Assembly (NCBI GenBank): GCA_963676915.2
Contig: CAXXVK010000049.1
Location: forward strand, 1 to 64,000
Source of the DNA: Myxococcota bacterium
GTDB taxonomy: Bacteria > Myxococcota_A > SURF-8 > G963663525
Reading direction: 5' to 3'
DNA length: 64,000 nt
Shown here in pieces: positions 61,890 to 64,000 of this stretch. Positions within the stretch are counted from its first letter, which is position 1. Every line of letters starts with the position of its first letter. The translations under genes and the position numbers were made by a program. The notes beneath the pieces were generated by a model, which did not search any database, was not told the DNA's origin, and saw only the letters and a list, made by a program, of their open reading frames with translations.

Positions 61890-64000
61890 TCATGAATTAT
61901 GCGGGTTAGCCGCCATAAAACATACTAACGATGCTGCTGCCAGAAAAAGCAGCGTCGCGCCAACTCCCAGAAAAAGAACCAGCAGCGGTGCAAGTACGGC
62001 GGCCAACGTCGCTCCGAAGTGATCGACGCCGTTGGCCCAGGCTGTCCAAGAGATGGTTTCGCCCTCGAAATTCATTCGGGCGTTGCTTGTTCCGAAGGCA
62101 AACAATCCCCCTGATATCCCACCCGTCAGCGCCAGCAACACAGCAAAGACTGTAAAACCAGCGTTTATCTGTAATGCGCCCAACACGACCAGCGCCAGAA
62201 GTCCCGGTAGACCGAGCGCTATCCGTTGTAAACTTCGCTTTCCGGCGTTTCGGGATACCAACCAGGTGCCTGCCGCCATTCCTGCCATAAACATCGCAAG
62301 CAGCATACCCACCTGATGGTACAGTTCACCGAAACGGATCTGGTAAGCGAGGATCAACGACAGTTCGAGCATCACTCCCGCTACCCCGGATAAAAACAGC
62401 CACGGAAAAGAACGCAGCCTCAAAAATCTTCTTGTTAGTGCAAGGGGAATTCCAAGGAAAACGAAAAATACAGCACTCAGTACAAACAGAATTTTCGCTC
62501 CCCTTTCTCCCGAAAAAAACGCTTTCGGGACAAGCATCGGAGCGAAGTTCTCCATCCATTGCGCCAGCGAATGCATGACGAGCGCCGGATGGTCCTCTGT
62601 CACCAGGAAACCATTTGTGGTGTCGGTGGAAAAAGTCTGTCGCTCGAAGCGCGATTCCAGAGCTTCGGCGGTGAGGGAACGAAACCTCGAAGGGAGATTT
62701 TTCAGGCGTTGGGTCAGTTCGGAACGGTTTTTGGGAAATCCAGATTCACCGGAGAAAACAAGATACGAACCCAACTCCGCGATATCCACACTTTCATGTC
62801 TTGCTTGCGCCAACGTCGCCGCTACCATGGATTGCTGTTCGTTTCTCCAGGGCGAACGGTAGTTTTCTACCGCGCCCAAAGGCAGGAACACAGCCCGCAC
62901 TCCCTGACTTTTCTGCGGGGTATAGCGTGTCTTTTCGAAAAACGTTTCGGTATAGCCATGAACGGCGGAAAATGTATCGGCACCTTCGTGAAGATTCAGT
63001 AGCGCCAGACATTGCATGGGAGGGCGACAAACCGTTCGGATTACCTCCAGCGGTTCGCGAAAATCGAGCGTCAGACCATCGGGCAAGCCACGAGGACGAT
63101 AGGTTGCGACTTCCAGCGCCACTTGCTCTCGATCTCGTAAAATCTGAAGAACGTTCGGAAATTCTTTTCCCATCGTTTCGACGATGTACGCCGACCGTGC
63201 CACGCTCCCACCAAGCACCAGGAACAGCGGATTTTCCACTTTGGGAAAAGAGGAAACAAGCAACGGGAGAAACTCGCGCTCCGCCCGTTCACGATCCAGA
63301 GCAGCAGTGTGCAGACGTCCGTTGATAAACAAATTCACTTCGGAACCTGTTGAAATAGCAACGGTTTTTCCATATGGGGTTTCTAGGTGATCCACAATGC
63401 GATAGCCTCGCCAGACGATGTTTTCGAGAAACCATGACGAGGCAGGAATCCACAGCAACACGCTCAAAGCCAATGCGGCAACAAGCCAGGAAAGAGTCTT
63501 CCGATCTTTTCTAACGAATCCTGCGGCAGCAATACCCAAAGCCACACCACCCAGAGCCAGCAGCACGGCGGAGTCGAACACAACCAGCGTTAGCCCGCCC
63601 CCAAGCACAGCTCCCAGCGCTTCGTACAGATAGACCCGACTGGCTCCGTCGGTATGGGATGGAAAGGAGCGCGCCAACTCGACGAAACCGGCTCCTTGTA
63701 CAACACAAGCCGGAGCGGGGAGCAACAGAACGGCGGTAAGCAATCCTCCCGGACCAGGTACAGCGCCGGGTGGCAAGCCGATTAGTCGGGGAAACAGTTC
63801 GACCGAAATCTGTGTCGCAATGCCAAGCCACGGCGCGAGAATCAGCAAAAATGAAAGCCAAGGAAAGGAAGGTCGAAGCTTCGGCAACCAGGAACCGATT
63901 CCGCTCCAAAACAGCCACGACGCCATAACAAGACCGATGACGACCTCATTGCTGCCGAATACTGAGAGAAATTCTCGTAGCAGCACGACTTGAAACACCA
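61890..64000 (-). CDS. Fused membrane / spermidine-synthase-like protein (5' end outside the window)
   Basis: QVVLLREFLSVF.SNE, RVYLYEALGAVLGG, ETPYG, LFING, TEDHP, YQIRFGELY..G.LLA.FMAGMA.G and DHFGA. Confidence 0.8.
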   Translation of the reverse strand, partial: VFQVVLLREFLSVFGSNEVVIGLVMASWLFWSGIGSWLPKLRPSFPWLSFLLILAPWLGIATQISVELFPRLIGLPPGAVPGPGGLLTAVLLLPAPACVVQGAGFVELARSFPSHTDGASRVYLYEALGAVLGGGLTLVVFDSAVLLALGGVALGIAAAGFVRKDRKTLSWLVAALALSVLLWIPASSWFLENIVWRGYRIVDHLETPYGKTVAISTGSEVNLFINGRLHTAALDRERAEREFLPLLVSSFPKVENPLFLVLGGSVARSAYIVETMGKEFPNVLQILRDREQVALEVATYRPRGLPDGLTLDFREPLEVIRTVCRPPMQCLALLNLHEGADTFSAVHGYTETFFEKTRYTPQKSQGVRAVFLPLGAVENYRSPWRNEQQSMVAATLAQARHESVDIAELGSYLVFSGESGFPKNRSELTQRLKNLPSRFRSLTAEALESRFERQTFSTDTTNGFLVTEDHPALVMHSLAQWMENFAPMLVPKAFFSGERGAKILFVLSAVFFVFLGIPLALTRRFLRLRSFPWLFLSGVAGVMLELSLILAYQIRFGELYHQVGMLLAMFMAGMAAGTWLVSRNAGKRSLQRIALGLPGLLALVVLGALQINAGFTVFAVLLALTGGISGGLFAFGTSNARMNFEGETISWTAWANGVDHFGATLAAVLAPLLVLFLGVGATLLFLAAASLVCFMAANPHNS

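Overview
Gene-dense bacterial chromosome segment, roughly 50-55% GC by eye. It most likely comes from a Myxococcota/deltaproteobacterial-type diderm, given the Cys-rich giant surface proteins, a MYXO-CTERM-like tail, many lipoproteins, rubredoxin and type 1B pyrD/pyrK. I see no rRNA, tRNA, CRISPR array, transposase, integrase or phage gene. Housekeeping genes (mutM, rubredoxin, mntP, fadD-like, udp, smpB, pyrD, pyrK, rimI, engB) are interspersed with uncharacterised loci. The best candidate for a new system is a tightly coupled four-gene operon with its own promoter at 4781-9553: DUF4956 membrane protein, HlyD adaptor fused to a DUF3616-like domain, TolC, and a VTC polyphosphate polymerase. 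It has no ABC or RND pump and may synthesise and export polyphosphate. Other highlights: a degenerate nuoL/M/N-like trio, a seven-gene DUF6754 membrane operon with two homopolymer frameshifts, a degenerate PilB-like ATPase, a 2.8-kaa mosaic lipoprotein, an orphan arginine-synthetase-like gene with a structured leader, and a divergent Ntn-hydrolase/outer-membrane barrel plus HACL2-like lyase cluster. All family calls come from motif recognition by eye; no database searches were run.
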